Source: Octopus sinensis
Taxonomy: Eukaryota
NCBI RefSeq assembly: GCF_006345805.1
Contig: NC_042998.1
Location: 105,152,001 to 105,216,000 of the forward strand
Direction of reading: 5' to 3'
DNA: 64,000 nt
Shown here: piece by piece, positions 37,661 to 51,735 of the stretch
How positions within the stretch are numbered: the first letter of the stretch is position 1
How the letters are laid out: each line of letters begins with the position of its first letter
Position numbers and translations under genes: made by a program
The notes under the pieces: model-generated
What the model was told of the DNA's origin: nothing
Seen by the model: the letters and a program-made list of their open reading frames with translations, nothing else
Databases searched by the model: none

Positions 37661-39443
37661 CACACGCACATAATATATTGATATATATATATTTTTGTAT
37701 ATGCTATTTTGTAATAAATATATACATTATGGAAGACTTCTTAAGTTCTGAAATTCATTCAAGTGTAACTTCCTCTCACAGCTTCCCCCTTGTATTTTTT
37801 CTGAGATAAAGATGAAATTAATTATTGTAATATGATTGCACTAAGGCATATCTCCATGACGATGTTTTGTGATTTTTAAGAAGATATAATATTGATTTCT
37901 TACTTTGTTCCAAGGCCATAAGAAAACATATAATATTCATATATCCCATCATACATCATCAGCAGCAACAGCAACAACAGCAAAAACAACTAGAACAAGA
38001 ACAACAGACATGAACCAACAAGGGAGCCTCTACTTGGTTGATTGCCCACTAGAAATAGCAGCTAATTCCTTCTTCAAGTTATACTTTAGCTTTTTAAGGA
38101 GGAGAAGAATGTATTTGATAACCTAGGCCATGATGCCTGCAAAAGGATGGTCATTTTTACCGGGAATACATTTCATCATAAGGTTTGATCAACCATGATT
38201 GACCAAGGGCTGTATTTACATATGTACATACTTGCATACACACATACATACATACATATATACATACATACATACATACATACATACATACATACATACA
38301 TACATACACCATTCATACAATTATAAATACATAAATCATTACCACTACTGCTACTGCTACTACTGCTGCTGCTGCTGCTACTACTTTTATTACTTTTATT
38401 CTACTTCAGCAATAATGTTAATCTCTTACAAATGTACAACTGCCTCTAGATATATCTATTATATATCATATAAATATAATTTATATAAAGTAATTGTACA
38501 ATATATTAAAAGAGCCTTAATCCGTATATAAGGAATAAATAAAAAAAACGCTTCCATATCTATATCTTTAAAATTTTGTTTCTCCTAGAGAAGAGAATTT
38601 CTTTTTTAATGGGCTATTAGTCTCAATAGATGGTTCTTGGAGGTTATCTATAGTGCTTGAGGTGCTCAGAGAAAAGAGAAAACTAAATGTAGAGAATCTT
38701 TTTTAAATATTCATAATGGCCTGCTCTAGGGGAAGAGAATGTGTCCATAGCCTTTATATATCTCCTCGGACTAGCAAGTCATGCAGTTCACGTTCCTCTT
38801 AAAAAACACTGAAAACTAATGCAAAAACACTTTATGAAAATTTATTCTTTTACTTTGTTTATTTTTGTGCAGTGAAAATCTCTGAAGTTCAAACATGGAG
38901 GTCCAAAGACAGAAAAGAATTTAAAATTTGTAAAAAGATAAAAGTGTAAAAATTGAGAGATTGGATAGATATACATATACGTATGTATATGATTTGCCTA
39001 TTACAAAGCATTTACTTATTTATTTTGATAATTCTAGGAAATATAAGTTTGCTTTTATACCACCCATCATTGCTGGTTCCAATTTCAAATATGAGTACCA
39101 TGTTCAACAATTTTACTAACTACAGGAAGCTATTTTAGTGAGTAGACATCCTTAGAAAGAAGGACTGGGAGATTGGTTATGCATGCATATATGCATGTAT
39201 ATATGATTGTGTGTGAAGCTCTAACGAAGGTATAAGGTGATGTACATGCACTCAGTTATGAGCACATTTAATCTTATAGCAGAAAAAGTTGTAAGCTAAT
39301 GAAATTAATTACATAATTTCTTGTTCCCTTGTCATTTATTTAATTTCTAAATAAAATATAGTATATATGTATATATATATACATAAGATACACACACACA
39401 TACATATATAAATATGTGTGTGTGTGTGTGTCTGTGTACTTAC

Positions 39444-39690
39444 CTGGAGTTGCATGGCTCAGTGGTTAGGGTGTTGCACTCATGATCATAAGATTGTTGT
39501 TTCGATTCCTGGATCTGACAAAGCATTGTGTTCTTGACCAAAACATTTCATTTCAAATTGCTCCAGTCTTTCCAAGTGGCAAAAATGAGTAATTCTGTGA
39601 TGGATCAACATCCCGTACAAGTGGGGGAATATATATGCACAATCTAGGAAATGGCCTTATGAGCCTATATCTCAAGAACTTTTGATATAT
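39444..39690 (+). mobile_element. Third tRNA-derived SINE (diverged)
   Basis: GCATGGCTCAGTGGTTAG A box, GTTTCGATTCC B box, downstream GATGGATCAACATCCCGTACAAG. Confidence 0.6.
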
Positions 39691-40009
39691 GTGTGTGAGT
39701 ATGTATGTATGTATGTATATTTGGGATCATCAGTACTTTATTATCTCCCTTTCCTTCAACCTCTTCTTACAAACTTTTTTTCTAATTATTTGCCATGCTT
39801 AACCACTAAACCTACAAGTGTTTTTCATTCTCTCTCTGTTTATTTCCTCTTATTCCTTTCTGCTGAAGAGCATAGGCTTGAAACATAAAAGACTTTTTCA
39901 TTTTCCCGAGTGTTTAACAAATACACCTGTTTGTTGTTTATACACATGTCTTAATCCTTTGTTTTTCTATAAATTTCAACTACATATATATAGAAACCTA
40001 TATATAGGC

Positions 40010-40414
40010 ACGTTTAAGTATTCACATCATGCAGCATGTGCTACTGATACATTTATATCCAAAGGATCTATAGACGCTGGGACTCACAAAGGGAATGACA
40101 GGGGACTGAGATGTTTGGTGGTTTGCTGTGCTTGAAAAGACACCTCAAGCTAAGTAAAAGTGTAGTTGCCTTTGCATACAGGCTCGTCCCCTCCAGCTGA
40201 GCATCCCTCATCTTGAGGGCTCATAGGTGCTGGTGCCTTGTAAAAAGCAGTCATGCTAGTGTCACGTAGAAACACCCAGAATACTTTGTAAAGTGGTTAG
40301 CATTAAGAGGGGGACCCAGCCATAGAAACCATGTCAAAACAGATATGGAGCCTGAACAGTCCTGTCAAAACGTCTAACCCATGCCAGCATAGAAAACAGA
40401 CGTTAAATGATGAT

Positions 40415-40445
<31 letters not shown>
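40010..40445 (+). mobile_element. RTE-tail-related repeat
   Basis: GGTGCTGGTGCCTTGTAAAAAGC, GCATTAAGAGGGGGACCCAGCCATAGAAACC and AACCCATGCCAGCATAGAAAACAGACGTTAAATGATGATG. Confidence 0.6.
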
Positions 40446-40814
40446 ATTAACTCAAGTTTATTCATTAGTTGTGTGACTATGTTCATGGTAAATGAAAAAT
40501 AGATGCAATGAAGTAGTATGTTTACTAGTAATTGGAGTTGGAAGACAATGAATAAGCAGCATGATTTGCAGAGTTTAAATCCTTCTTTGGTTAATTTTTG
40601 CTTTTCATTCTTCTGGGGTTGATAACATAAATCATCAGTCAAATCCTGGAGATTGAGTTAATTGATTACAACTTCCTTCAAAATATGTAACCTTGTAGTA
40701 AAATTTGAAATCAACAATTAAAGTTGGATTATTGGCTTTTGTTCTTCTGCATGGCTGTATAGTTAAGGTGTTGATTTTGGAGCTTTGTGGTCTTCGGTTT
40801 AATACTGCTGTACA

Positions 40815-41227
40815 CAGGACTGGATTAAGACTGACAGAGGCCCTAAGCACATAAATGATTTTGGTGTCACTATATATATGTTATTCAAAATAGAAATAAT
40901 AATAAACTATAAAATAACATTTTTTAGTTTTTAAAATGAAACAAAATTAACAGTAAGAGGGAAAATAATGTTTATTTTTGTATACTTCCACTTATTCATA
41001 TCTGAAAAGTTTTTTCTATTTTTTCATTTACAAAGCCATTGAAAAGATCTTGACATCAAGAACACTTCAAAATTATATTTCTGATCATATAAACCATTTT
41101 AAATATTATTTTAGCAAGTCTAAAGTGGTTTCTTTTGTGCCATAAACCATTTACCATTTTTGTGGTACCTCTCTCCCTTGGGACCCTAGGCACATGCTTA
41201 TTTTAATTAATGAGTAATCCAGTTCTG
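40815..41227. mobile_element. hAT-like MITE, both TIRs present
   Basis: CAGGACTGGATTA at 40815 and TAATCCAGTTCTG at 41215-41227. Homologous to 11070-11465. No 8-bp TSD recognisable. Confidence 0.7.
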
Positions 41228-41249
41228 ACGGGGTAAGTGTCTTGTACCA

Positions 41250-42150
41250 TAGCCCTGCATATGCAAGTGAACACCTCTTAGAAAGACATAAGCAAGGAGG
41301 GTATTCCTGAGGGCTGATATTCTGGGAAGGAAGGAGTGGATATAGTGATCAGAACAGGGCCTAAGAGTGAATACATTGAGGATATTATGAGATGAGAAAA
41401 GATGAATGGGTTAGGAATGCTTGAGTGAAGGTAGCATTAGCCTGGCTATGTAGAAGAATCCATTACAACAGTGGTAGAAAAGGTGAAAGAAGAGACAGCA
41501 CACCTATGGACCAGAAGTTGAAATATTTCAGTGAGAGACTTTTCACCGGTTAACCAAATAACCCTTTCTTGAATGTGATCTAGGATATCTGTGAATGAAG
41601 ATATAGCACCATCCCAGATGTAAGAGTAAAGGATCTGAGCTATGTAAGAGAGTTAATTTAGCTTTGTTGAGTACTAATAACTGTTTGGGGTCTGAACTAT
41701 GATCTGCTCCTAGAGAGAAGTGTCAGTCATTGAGCTGTGGTCTTAACTATGTTAAGATATACTTTTGCTGGGTGAGCTCTTCAATGACAGTGAAACCCAA
41801 CATTTAAAGTAACTTGTAAGGACTGAAATTGAATTTTGCTCAGGATTAAAACAGGTGTGGTGTGATTATGTTTTCTTGACAAGAGTTGTGTTTATTATGC
41901 TTTCTTACTGTCGAAAGAAACAAGATGTATCCCCATTGGAGTACATTGTTGAGGTTTCTGCAAATAAAGTCAGTGACAGTTTGGCATGTGGCATCTAGGT
42001 TGGGGATGAATGATGTGAGAAGGGAAATTTTAAGGAAGTATTATCTGAAGCAGAGTATTATCAGTCTAAAAGAAGATATTGTTGGATGTGATGGTAAATA
42101 AGTCATTGATGTAAAGAAGGAAGAGAGTGGAAAATTAAACCAAACTCTGG
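41250..42150 (-). mobile_element. Old CR1/L2-group LINE remnant (RT C-terminus)
   Basis: Decayed minus-strand motifs: FxxD(N)TL, N.L..VLQWG, WDGA.....LD.IQER and L.HR..VSS..LF. Confidence 0.55.
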
Positions 42151-42489
42151 GGAATGCTGGGGTTTATAGAATGAGGGGCAGAAAAAAGAGTATGAAATAA
42201 TTTATTACAACATTTGGGAAAGGAGAAAAGCTGTCTGTATCTTATACCTTTTAAACTTAAGTTTCACTTTTAAATTATTTATAGTGCTGTGGTTTAGTAT
42301 GCTTGCTGCAAAATGATGATTTACATTTTAGTAGTTAATAGTGATTTCAATAACTATTTCAGGGTATGATAATTTTGCATGACATGAATTCTGGGTCCAG
42401 CTGATTCCAGCCTAACAAGGCAAAACTCCATTGTCTCTCAAGACAGATACAAGTTATAAATAGTTTCCATTGGATTGGCATAAACCTTT

Positions 42490-42690
42490 TTTTTTTCTAC
42501 TCTAGGCACAAGGCCTAGTTAATCAGATCGATCCCAGTACACAACTGGTACTTAATTTATCAACCCCAAAAGGATGAAAGACAAAGTCGACCTCAGTGGA
42601 ATTTGACTCAGAACATAGAGACAGATGAAATAACCGCTAAGCATTTCGCCCGATGTGCTAACGTTTCAGCCAGCTCACTGCCTTTGGCTT
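42490..42690 (-). mobile_element. SINE family B
   Basis: CTGGTACTTAATTTATCAACCCCAAAAGGATGAAAGACAAAGTCGACCTC core, reverse of the B consensus. Confidence 0.85.
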
Positions 42691-44399
42691 AGCATATACT
42701 GTTGACAAAAAGGTTATATAAATGAGTGAAACTACCAACTTTCTGACTAATATTAATCTTATTGGACTGATGAAAGAATAAATCAACTTTACTTCATAGA
42801 GTTATTGTTATTTAGTTAGTCTTGATTGAGCAAACCTATGATCAAAGCATTCCTATCATGACCATCCAACCTTCTTTTCATGCAAGGTGTACTTAGGTGT
42901 ACATTATCCAATATGTCTCTTTATAAGATGCTACATCATGACAGGTGAGAGATTTTGCTGCTATTTGTAGCAAGTTTATTGACTATATAAAAGCTTTCTC
43001 TTTAACATGTCTGCACAAGGAATATTGAATACTGGTGTGTTGCAGTGAACTAAATCTATAAATTATGAAGTCTTACTTATTATTCTCTCGCCTATGATGA
43101 TTTATTCATTAGACGTTGGAATTATAGTAGATTTGTGCAAAGGGCAACTTGTCATTCCTTACTGTAGTGTAAGTAAAATAACCTCCAATAATATAATGAA
43201 CTGATTATTATCATCATCATCATTTTATGTCTGTTTTCTATGCTGGCATGGGTTGGATGATTTGACCAGAGTTGGCAAGCCGGAGAGCTGCTCAAATCCA
43301 TTTGTCTGTTTTGGGCATGGTTTCTACTACTTGATGTCCTTCCTAATGCCAACCAATTTACAGAGACAGCTGAGTGCTTTTTACATGGCACTGGCATAGC
43401 TTCTTTTTATGTGGCACCTGCATAAGTGCTTCAATTGATAAAGCTCTTCTCTTCTAAAACTAGATCCACACTTTAATGAAAGAAGTAATTGCTATTTAAA
43501 AGAATGAGTGAGAGAGGGGAAAATACTCAGAGATGTTTACAGTATAAAAACTTAAAAGTAAAATGAGTAATAGAAAACTTGATGTAGAAAGCCAAGAAAT
43601 TTTAGCGAATTTTTACATGGCATTTTTGTTAATTACTACTTAATATTTACTTTATTTTCTTGTAAAACCTATTTCATCAAAGCAGTAAAATTTGAAAACA
43701 AAGTTTTTGCTTAATATAATTAAAGTAAGTCAGTCAGTCTGGTAAGGCTCAGACCTCTTCTAGATATAACCATGGCATGGTTTCAATCTAATACTAAGAT
43801 ATCAGAGATAATGTGACTAACTGGTCTTACAGGTCATATGAAGTGTTTCTTGATTTATCAGCATCATGGCAGTAGAATTGGGACCACCTTATTTTATGAT
43901 GCTTTCTGAGCAGAGCTAGACCAGCAAGAGTTATAACCCAAAGTTACAATAATCATTTAGTAGGGAAGAAGTCAAAGGAAGTTTATTGAGAGCATAAAAA
44001 GAAGGGGAGCAGGCAGCTATCATAGAAGTTTCATTCCTTGCCTTTATGTATCTTATAGTTAAGACAGGGGACACCATTCAAGATGTATACATCAACTGTC
44101 TTCTTGAATGCTTTTAGTGGAGTCCATTTTACTGCAAGCATTTGAGTTAAATCACTAGTCTTAGGATAAATCCTTATTTTGATGAACGGCTTCCTATTAC
44201 TGAAACACATGCATCTTGGTTACTTCTTTCTTTTTTTCCTCATAAGTCTCTGTGTCATTGTTAAACATTATAGGTGCTACTACTTGTTTCTGTTTTGACT
44301 AAATCCTGCTTCCCAACTAAAATCTAGAGAATGGTAGAACCAAGAGATGACAATAAACATGAAAATAATCAATTAAGCTTGACTTTTGTTGTCTCCTCA

Positions 44400-45170
44400 T
44401 AGACTTTACAATATTTCTCTGACATTACAAAGCTAGTTGTCAAAGCACAATATGCCATCAGCTGAGCAGATACCTTGTAAATATGATCAACCCATTAATG
44501 GATAATCAGTGTCACAGGGAAATAGTCCTACTATTTTGTAGACAAAAAGATGGTCTCATTTATTCCAACCATATTGTGAGCCTGGGCATAGTAAATATTC
44601 ACCATGGATTCCCCAGATGAGATTCTGTGAATGTTTCAAAATAACTGAAATTAGATACATTTATTAGAGAACACAACAGTATCTTGAGAGATAACTTGAC
44701 AGAGATGTTGACACTCTGTGTAAAAACAACATACTTGCAATTGAGTGTAACCAATATAGTCAAGAAGAAGATTCAGTTGAGGATTTACCATTATCTCCAG
44801 TAACAGTTTACCATTATCTCCAGTAACAATTTAGAAAAGAAGCTCTTAGTCCAACCATGTAACTAAGATATGGAAATGAAACCTTCATACTCACTAGGAA
44901 GAAATGCAAGCATTGCTGGATCACGTGAGCTCAATAAGATCCTTAATACACTTCACAGCTGGAAAGGAAATGAACAATAAATCAACCTTCTTAGATGTGA
45001 TAATGACAATAACAAGCACAGAATGTAGAATTATGACATTTGAATATTACAAGCTTTAATACTTTAACTTTTATATTCAGTCTCTATGCATCATGAAGAA
45101 AAAGATCATTTATAACCCATTACATCAAGCAAAACTTATAAATAGTGACCTAGAAACATATCAACGTGGA
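44400..45170 (+). pseudogene. Penelope/Poseidon-type PLE RT remnant (heavily decayed)
   Basis: LTLCVKTTY.Q..NQYSQ, PLSPV, HFT..KEMNNKSTFLDVIMT and YIQS..HH..K motifs. 22-bp tandem duplication at 44784-44828. Confidence 0.65.
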
Positions 45171-47422
45171 ATGTTGATATGTTTCTGGGGGCCTTCAAAG
45201 AAACAATTATTCTGCATGAAGAGCATCAGTTTCCAAGAGTAGAAATGTAAGGGTCAAGTATGTGCGTAAAAAAACTGCTATGATCTTAGCTTTAGGCCTT
45301 CCTGCACTGTAACGATAGAAAATCAAGGGAACAGGTAGGGAATAAGATTAGATGACTAAAATAAAAAAAAGAAAGAAAGAAAAGAAAAATCACTAAATAT
45401 GTCGAACGTTGACATTTTCCCTCAGCAAGCCAAGCATAGAGATAAAAATTGTTTGGGAATTCTTAATTAAGAAAGAAAGAACATAAAGTCTTATGTCTAC
45501 AGCAGAAAGGAAATAAAGAAATTAGGTTTAAAACACTTATATGTTCTATAAACTTTGATTAAGTATCCAGTGTTAAGTGATATACTTTATCTGGTGATTG
45601 TGAGTTCAATCCCTGGGTCAGATAATTCATAGAAAACTCATATGAGGTTGTTGGTGTTTAACCTTGGCTCATTCCTCACTGAGCAGACATATGACTAAAG
45701 AATTTCCAGTTGTAACTACACTGTTCAGTTTTCAAGAGTAATATATCAAAGTCCACTGTATCTGTATTTCATTTATTAAGATGGTTAGGTGTTATTTGAA
45801 AGAGATTTGGCTGCTAGTTTTGGTAAATCATGTGCCCATGCAAAGGCTTCTCCATTGGCAATGAATATTTGTGTGATGTATATTGTTGATATTCATGTGT
45901 GATTGAATGGGACTATGTTGTCACATCCTCATGGAAAAAGGGTTTTCAAGTTCAACGTCTTTGTCCTGGAAGGATATGTTTATTAATCAAGAGATGTTGA
46001 AGTTGTCTTTGGATGATTTTTCTTGAAAATATAATATTAAGGAAAAGAAAAAAATAATCAAATATTAAAAATTCTTTTGAATATTTAAAAAAAATCTAAA
46101 CATTTTAGAACTAATTTTAGTACAAATCAATACATACAAGAAAGTAAAACATATGTAAACTGAGTAAAAGAAATCGGAAAAGAAAATAATTTGATTGCTT
46201 CAATTAAGACAAATTACTAATGGATTGACTGCAAATCAAAATAATTGACTCCATTTTGTAATATATCATATTCTGTTTTCCTGCCACCTTTACAGCTATT
46301 CTTTGTTATTTAACACCTGTACATGTTTTCTCTCTAAAATCTAAATGATAAAAATGTAAAGAAATAATATGCTCTGCCAAATTAATCTGTCACTGATTTT
46401 ATTTCACCCTTCTTATTCAAAAAATAAATTCATTGAGACCTTGAAAGCTCTTATTCACTAAAAGTAAGTTCTCAACAAAGACATTATTAACACTTTAGCA
46501 TTAAAACTTTTTTATGCATGTAATTGTGAAAGAAACAAGAATTAGAAAAGCTTACTAAAGCAGAATTCTCTTATGTCTTCATCATAATACAAAAAAAAAA
46601 AAAAGAAAGAAAAAAAGAAAAAACATTTGAATGGACATGTTGAAATCTTTTATAAACACATTCTGCACACTCTTAGATACAACTACAATAACAAAGCATG
46701 GAACTTTCTCATGTATTTTATTTCAATAAACTCAGAACAAAACATTTTTGCAATCACTGACAGTCAGCTTATTGCTCGTGAAAAGGCAAGATGTCTGTAT
46801 TTTGCCAATTTCATGTTTTATTCTTTCATTTATATATTTTTGTTAGAAGTCATTTTTAAAATTTCTTTTATATGACTTTGTGTATACAATACTTATTTGA
46901 AGTGTCAGAATATATACATGCATTTCTTATTTCCAACCTTTTAATCTTTCTGAGAATTTAATACTATTTTCTTTTTAAGTAAACTAAAAGAATTGGTTGT
47001 GTACTGTCTTGGCATCCAACGCAATATATGTGTGATACAATTTGTATTCAGTCACCATAACTTGTAAAACATTTGACTTTCCAACTCCTACATTCAATGT
47101 TTAATTAGATATACATTTAACTTAGGCATTCCCTTGATGTGAATCAGAGGTCTGGGGAAGTTATATTGCTAAATCTATTCTATTCATCTACTGGTAATTT
47201 AATTATAATGCTCTGTGAATTTTCCCTTAAAGTTTAATATATCTTTCCTTGTTTATCACATATTTTTTCTGTTCACTGGTCCCATGTTGATGGGTACAAG
47301 TATGTAAATCTATACTGAAATTGCAGTCTCACAATGTTAGTGCATTCTAGGTAGCTGAGCATTGTAGGTAGTTGTTAGGGTGTGTTTTATGGTACAAGCA
47401 AAATCTTAAACTGTTATTACAG

Positions 47423-47482
47423 AGGAATCTGTGACATGCATAACACGGTTCACAATTGAGCATAGTGTGATATCCCAGACAG
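47423..47482 (+). CDS. Candidate internal exon (phase 1 to 1), xESVTCITRFTIEHSVISQT
   Basis: ttattacAG acceptor and CAG|GTGATA donor. Only one frame is open and it is phase-compatible with the exon at 52330. Confidence 0.35.
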
Positions 47483-47719
47483 GTGATAAATAAATTAGTG
47501 ATAGATGAGGTTACATGTATAAATGTTGTCATTTAGCCTCAGCTCAACCTTGCTCAAACAAGTATTTGATGAAATTTTGACCATCCCTTCATGTTTGCAT
47601 ACCAGGGACTAACTTATCCAATTTATTCTTCTTTATTTAAGACAGCAGAGAGTGATTTAACAACACATAATAAATCTACTACAACAACAACAAAAGAAAC
47701 CACAATAACAATAGCCATA

Positions 47720-47870
47720 ATATTAGTTTCATATTTTGACACAAGGCCAGCAATTTAAGGGGAGGGGTAAGTCGTTTCCATTAATCCAGTGTTTAACTGG
47801 TATTTATCTTATTGACTCTGAAAAGATGAAAGGCAAAGTCAACCTCAGAGGAATATGAACACAGAAGGAA
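47720..47870 (-). mobile_element. SINE family B, 3' part
   Basis: GACACAAGGCCAGCAATTT..AAAGATGAAAGGCAAAGTCAACCTC. Confidence 0.75.
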
Positions 47871-48149
47871 ACAATTTAATGATTTTATCATATTTCATAT
47901 CTATTTATTGAAAAAAACACAAGAAGCCTAGTTCTATGCCTCCAGGCTTCACTTTCCATACTCCATAGTGTATGAATGCCAAAGACCATTTAAGAAAATC
48001 TACTTTACAGTGTTCATTTGACCTACAAGAAAAAGCAGGTAAATCTCTAATGAAACATGAAATAAGAGTGTAAAGCACAAAGAGTGCTTGATAAATAGTG
48101 AATTTACTTATAGGTTCTCTGTTTGTTAACTGAAGATAATTTTGTGTAA

Positions 48150-48375
48150 GAGTTGGCAGAATTGCTAACACACTGGCCAAAATGCTTAGCAGTATTCTGT
48201 TCATCCCTTACATTTTGAGTTCAAATTCCGCCATGGTCAACTTTGCCTTTCATCCTTTCATCTTTTCATGGGTGATAAAATAAATACCAGTTGAACACTG
48301 AGGTCAATGTAACCAACTTACCTGCTCCTCACTCCTCCCAACTTTCTGGCCTTGTACCAAAATTTGAAACCAATA
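48150..48375 (+). mobile_element. SINE family B
   Basis: GAGTTGGCAGAATTGCTAAC head, GAGTTCAAATTCC B box, CTTTGCCTTTCATCCTTTC core. Confidence 0.8.
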
Positions 48376-48559
48376 TTTCTGAAAAAAGAATATTAGTTTC
48401 ATGGAATTAAATATAATGTGATACACAATACAATACTCATCATCACCACCACCACTCTTCGCCACCACCATCGTCATCATCATCATCATCTCCTCATCAC
48501 TATCACCACCATCTTTGTCATCATTTTACATCATTTTTGCCATATCTGAATGAGTTGGA

Positions 48560-49300
48560 TGGGCTTTCTCTAGCATGGTTTTGCAACTTGTTGCAGCCCA
48601 TTGTCATCCACTTCATGAATTTCAGCTCCTGAGATTAGACTTCACTTCTTCTGCAGTTTCTTTCCACTTGAACTGTTTGGCATTTCTTTATTCAACTGTC
48701 ATCCTGCATAAACATTATATCTCTGTACCAGTGCAATTATCTTTTTTTGCATTCTACGACTGACTTTTCTGATCCTCAGTTTTTCTCTCAGCTCATTTGT
48801 GCTCTGTGAAATTTGTGCATTGTGAAATTAAATTTCATGGTCATTCCTGTAAGGATGTTAAATATTTACCAAAAAATAGAATTGCATTTTCTGCAAGTCA
48901 CATTACCTCAATAAACTTGACATATCTCAACAGAAAATAGTTTCCAGCATGGCATTCATCAACAAAAGATAGAGTGGGATGTAAATTGCATTCTACAGTT
49001 AAGAGGAATAAAATTTTTAGTGAATATATCTACTTTCTGCAGTAAAAGGCTAAAACCATGCCACATATTTCCAGTCTTCACATCTCTTCCAAATTCATTG
49101 CTTATGTTTTGTTATCATGCAACATTGCAGTTCAGAACTTTGCCCTGAAGCATCATACAATCTTCCCTTAATTCAGAAAGAGAATCTCTTTGTTACTAAT
49201 GGAAGCAAAAGCTTCCTGGTGAGCTCTGAATTTGTTTGGGAACAGAATAATGGTGCATCATACACTTTATTTCCTGCTTGCCCATTAGAGAAGTACCGTG
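48560..49300 (-). mobile_element. Old RTE LINE remnant
   Basis: Minus-strand LLPLVTK.FSF.IKGRLYDA and WY.DIMFMQDDS.IKKCQTVQVE, matching the RTE consensus seen at 58920-59385. Confidence 0.65.
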
Positions 49301-49659
49301 ATTTTAATTAAAAAATGTATTACTGAAATTAGTGTATGATAATGTCTGAACAGCTGATGGGTAAAGTGATGTGGATAACATAGAAGGATGGTTTAAATGC
49401 ATTATAGGGAGCTGAAGGAAGGATGCATATACACACATACATATAAAATCAAGAAATTGAGGATATGAGAAGTATTGGTGTCAGGAAGACCCATGTGTAT
49501 ATTGCATGTGTGTGTATGTATGTATATATTATGCATACATACATACATATGTATATTTACATAAGTATGTATAAGAATGTATGTATGCATGTGTGTATAT
49601 GTATGCAAGCAAGTATGTATGTATAAGTTAAGGAGAATTGATAAGACATAACCTAATCT

Positions 49660-49871
49660 TTTTTTTAGTTGTTTCAGTCTTTTGACTGCAGCCATGCTGG
49701 ATCACTGCCTTTTAGTTAATCAAATCAACCCCAGGACTTATTTTTTATAAGCCTAGTACTTATTTTATCGGTCTCTTTTGTGAACCACTAAGTTACAGGG
49801 ATGTAAACACACCAGCATCGGTTGTCAAGCGATGGTGGGTGGACAAGCACAGACACACAAACATATGCATC

Positions 49872-49943
<72 letters not shown>

Positions 49944-50680
49944 AATCAACTTTGCTTGTGAAGGCCTGCTGAGGCAAGTGAAATCAAAACCGCTGATGTG
50001 GCCAATGACAGTACTACCTGATTGGCACTCATGCTAGGGGAAAGCACCATTTGAGTCTGATCATTGCCAGGGCCGCTGACTGGCTTCCATGCCGGTGGTA
50101 TGTAAAAAGCACCATTCAAGCGTGATCATTGCCAGCATTGCCTTACTGGCACATGTGCTGGTGGCATGTGAAAAAGCAACATTTGAACGTGGTCGTTGCA
50201 AGTGCCACCGGAGTCCCTCCCGTGCAAGTGACACATAAAAGGCACCTTTTGAGCATAGTCGTTGCCAGTACCACCTGACTGGCCCTCATGCCGGTGGCAT
50301 GTAAAAGCACCCACTACACTCTTGGAGTGGTTGGCATTAGGAAGGGCATCCAGCTGTAAAATCTTTGCCAGATCAGATTGGAGCCTGGTGCAGCCTTCTG
50401 GCTCACCAGACCTCAGTCAAACCATCCAACACATGCCAGCATGGAAAGTGGATGTTAAACGATGACAATGATGATGATGATGATATATATATATATTATA
50501 TATATATATATATATACGACAGTCTTCTTTCAGTTTCCATTTACCAAATTCACTTACAAGGCTTTGGTTGGTCCGAGGCTCTAGCAGAAGACACTTATCC
50601 AAGGTGCCACACAGTGGGACGGAACCCAGAACCATGTGGTTAGTAAGCAAGCTACTTTCCACACAGCCACTCCTGTGCCT
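49660..50680 (-). mobile_element. SINE family A split by a plus-strand RTE 3' UTR insertion (49939-50483) in its internal (TA)n
   Basis: SINE tail 49660-49865, (TA)n, RTE array and tail, (TA)n, SINE head 50517-50680. Confidence 0.85.
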
Positions 50681-51519
50681 GTGGTAGTTATTCATTTGAA
50701 AGATGGAAATTATATAATTTAACAACAGCATTCCATATAATTGGTCATTACTTGATGTTGATTATTACTAATTCATGTGTAGACTAAATTTTTCCATTGT
50801 CTAAATCATCCAAACAAGGGGTTTGGGAAATCTGAGATCGTTGTTCATGAGATAAAAAACATTTTGAGACACTAAAATAGTCTTAGCACAGTTTGCAAGA
50901 AAATTTCTAGCAGGAATTGCAACGAGAATGTAATGAGAATTCTCTGGTGTTGTTATCTGGTGGAGCATTAAGTAATGTTTATAAGTAGCTTGCTAGGAAT
51001 TAATTCAAAAACCTTTGCTAATGATTTTGTGTGAGAATGGTTTCAATAGTTTTTTTGTTGATGGTTTTATTAGTAGATATAATGGCTTTGGTCGTTAGTA
51101 TAATGGAAATACCAATTTTTTTCTGTTTTTAGTTTTATCTCTTATTTGTAGGTTATGTGTTGGCTATAAAGGTCAGAAGCCATATCAGATACTAGAGAGG
51201 GAGATGTGTAGGTTGCTTAAGAGCAGAATTAGCTTTCTTAGGAACAGCTAATTCTTAACTTCTATTATTACTATTGATGTTGTTATTGTTAATGGTGACA
51301 TTGATTGATACTCATTGCATCGATATTCTATTTATAAATGATATTACTGTTGTTATTTTCTTGTTGGTAATAAGGGCCATTGTTCTTGTTAAAATTGTTG
51401 TTGCTGTTGTTTATTCCTTGAGATAGTCCTGATCAAGCAAACCTATGAAAGAAAATATTCCATGTATGACTATCCAGTTTTTTTGGAGTTTTTTTCAAGA
51501 AAATATATCTAGAAACATA

Positions 51520-51735
51520 TTGGTTTCAAATTTTGGTGCAAGGCCAGCAGTTTTCAGGGAGAGGCCAAGTTGATTAAATCAACCCCAATGCTCAACTGGT
51601 GCATATTTTATTGACCCTGAAAGAAGGAAAGGCAAAGTCAACCTTGGCAAAATCTGAACTCAGAACATAGAGACTGACAACGTGCCATTAGCATTTTGCC
51701 TGACATGTTAATGATTCTGCCAGCTTGCTACCTTG
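51520..51735 (-). mobile_element. SINE family B
   Basis: GCAAGGCCAGCAGTTTT..GGAAAGGCAAAGTCAACCTTGGC..TGAACTCAGAAC..ATTCTGCCAGCTTGC. Confidence 0.8.

Noticed and set aside
39038-39137. 100-nt exon-like segment (ttctAG ... TA|GTGAGT; xNISLLLYHPSLLVP...)
   Set aside because: Good splice signals, but it ends in phase 2 with TA, creating a stop when joined to any downstream candidate I found; not placed in the model
51152-51208. Strong acceptor followed by LCVGYKGQKPYQILERRC
   Set aside because: Best donors give phase 0, incompatible with the phase-1 exon at 52330; no independent support
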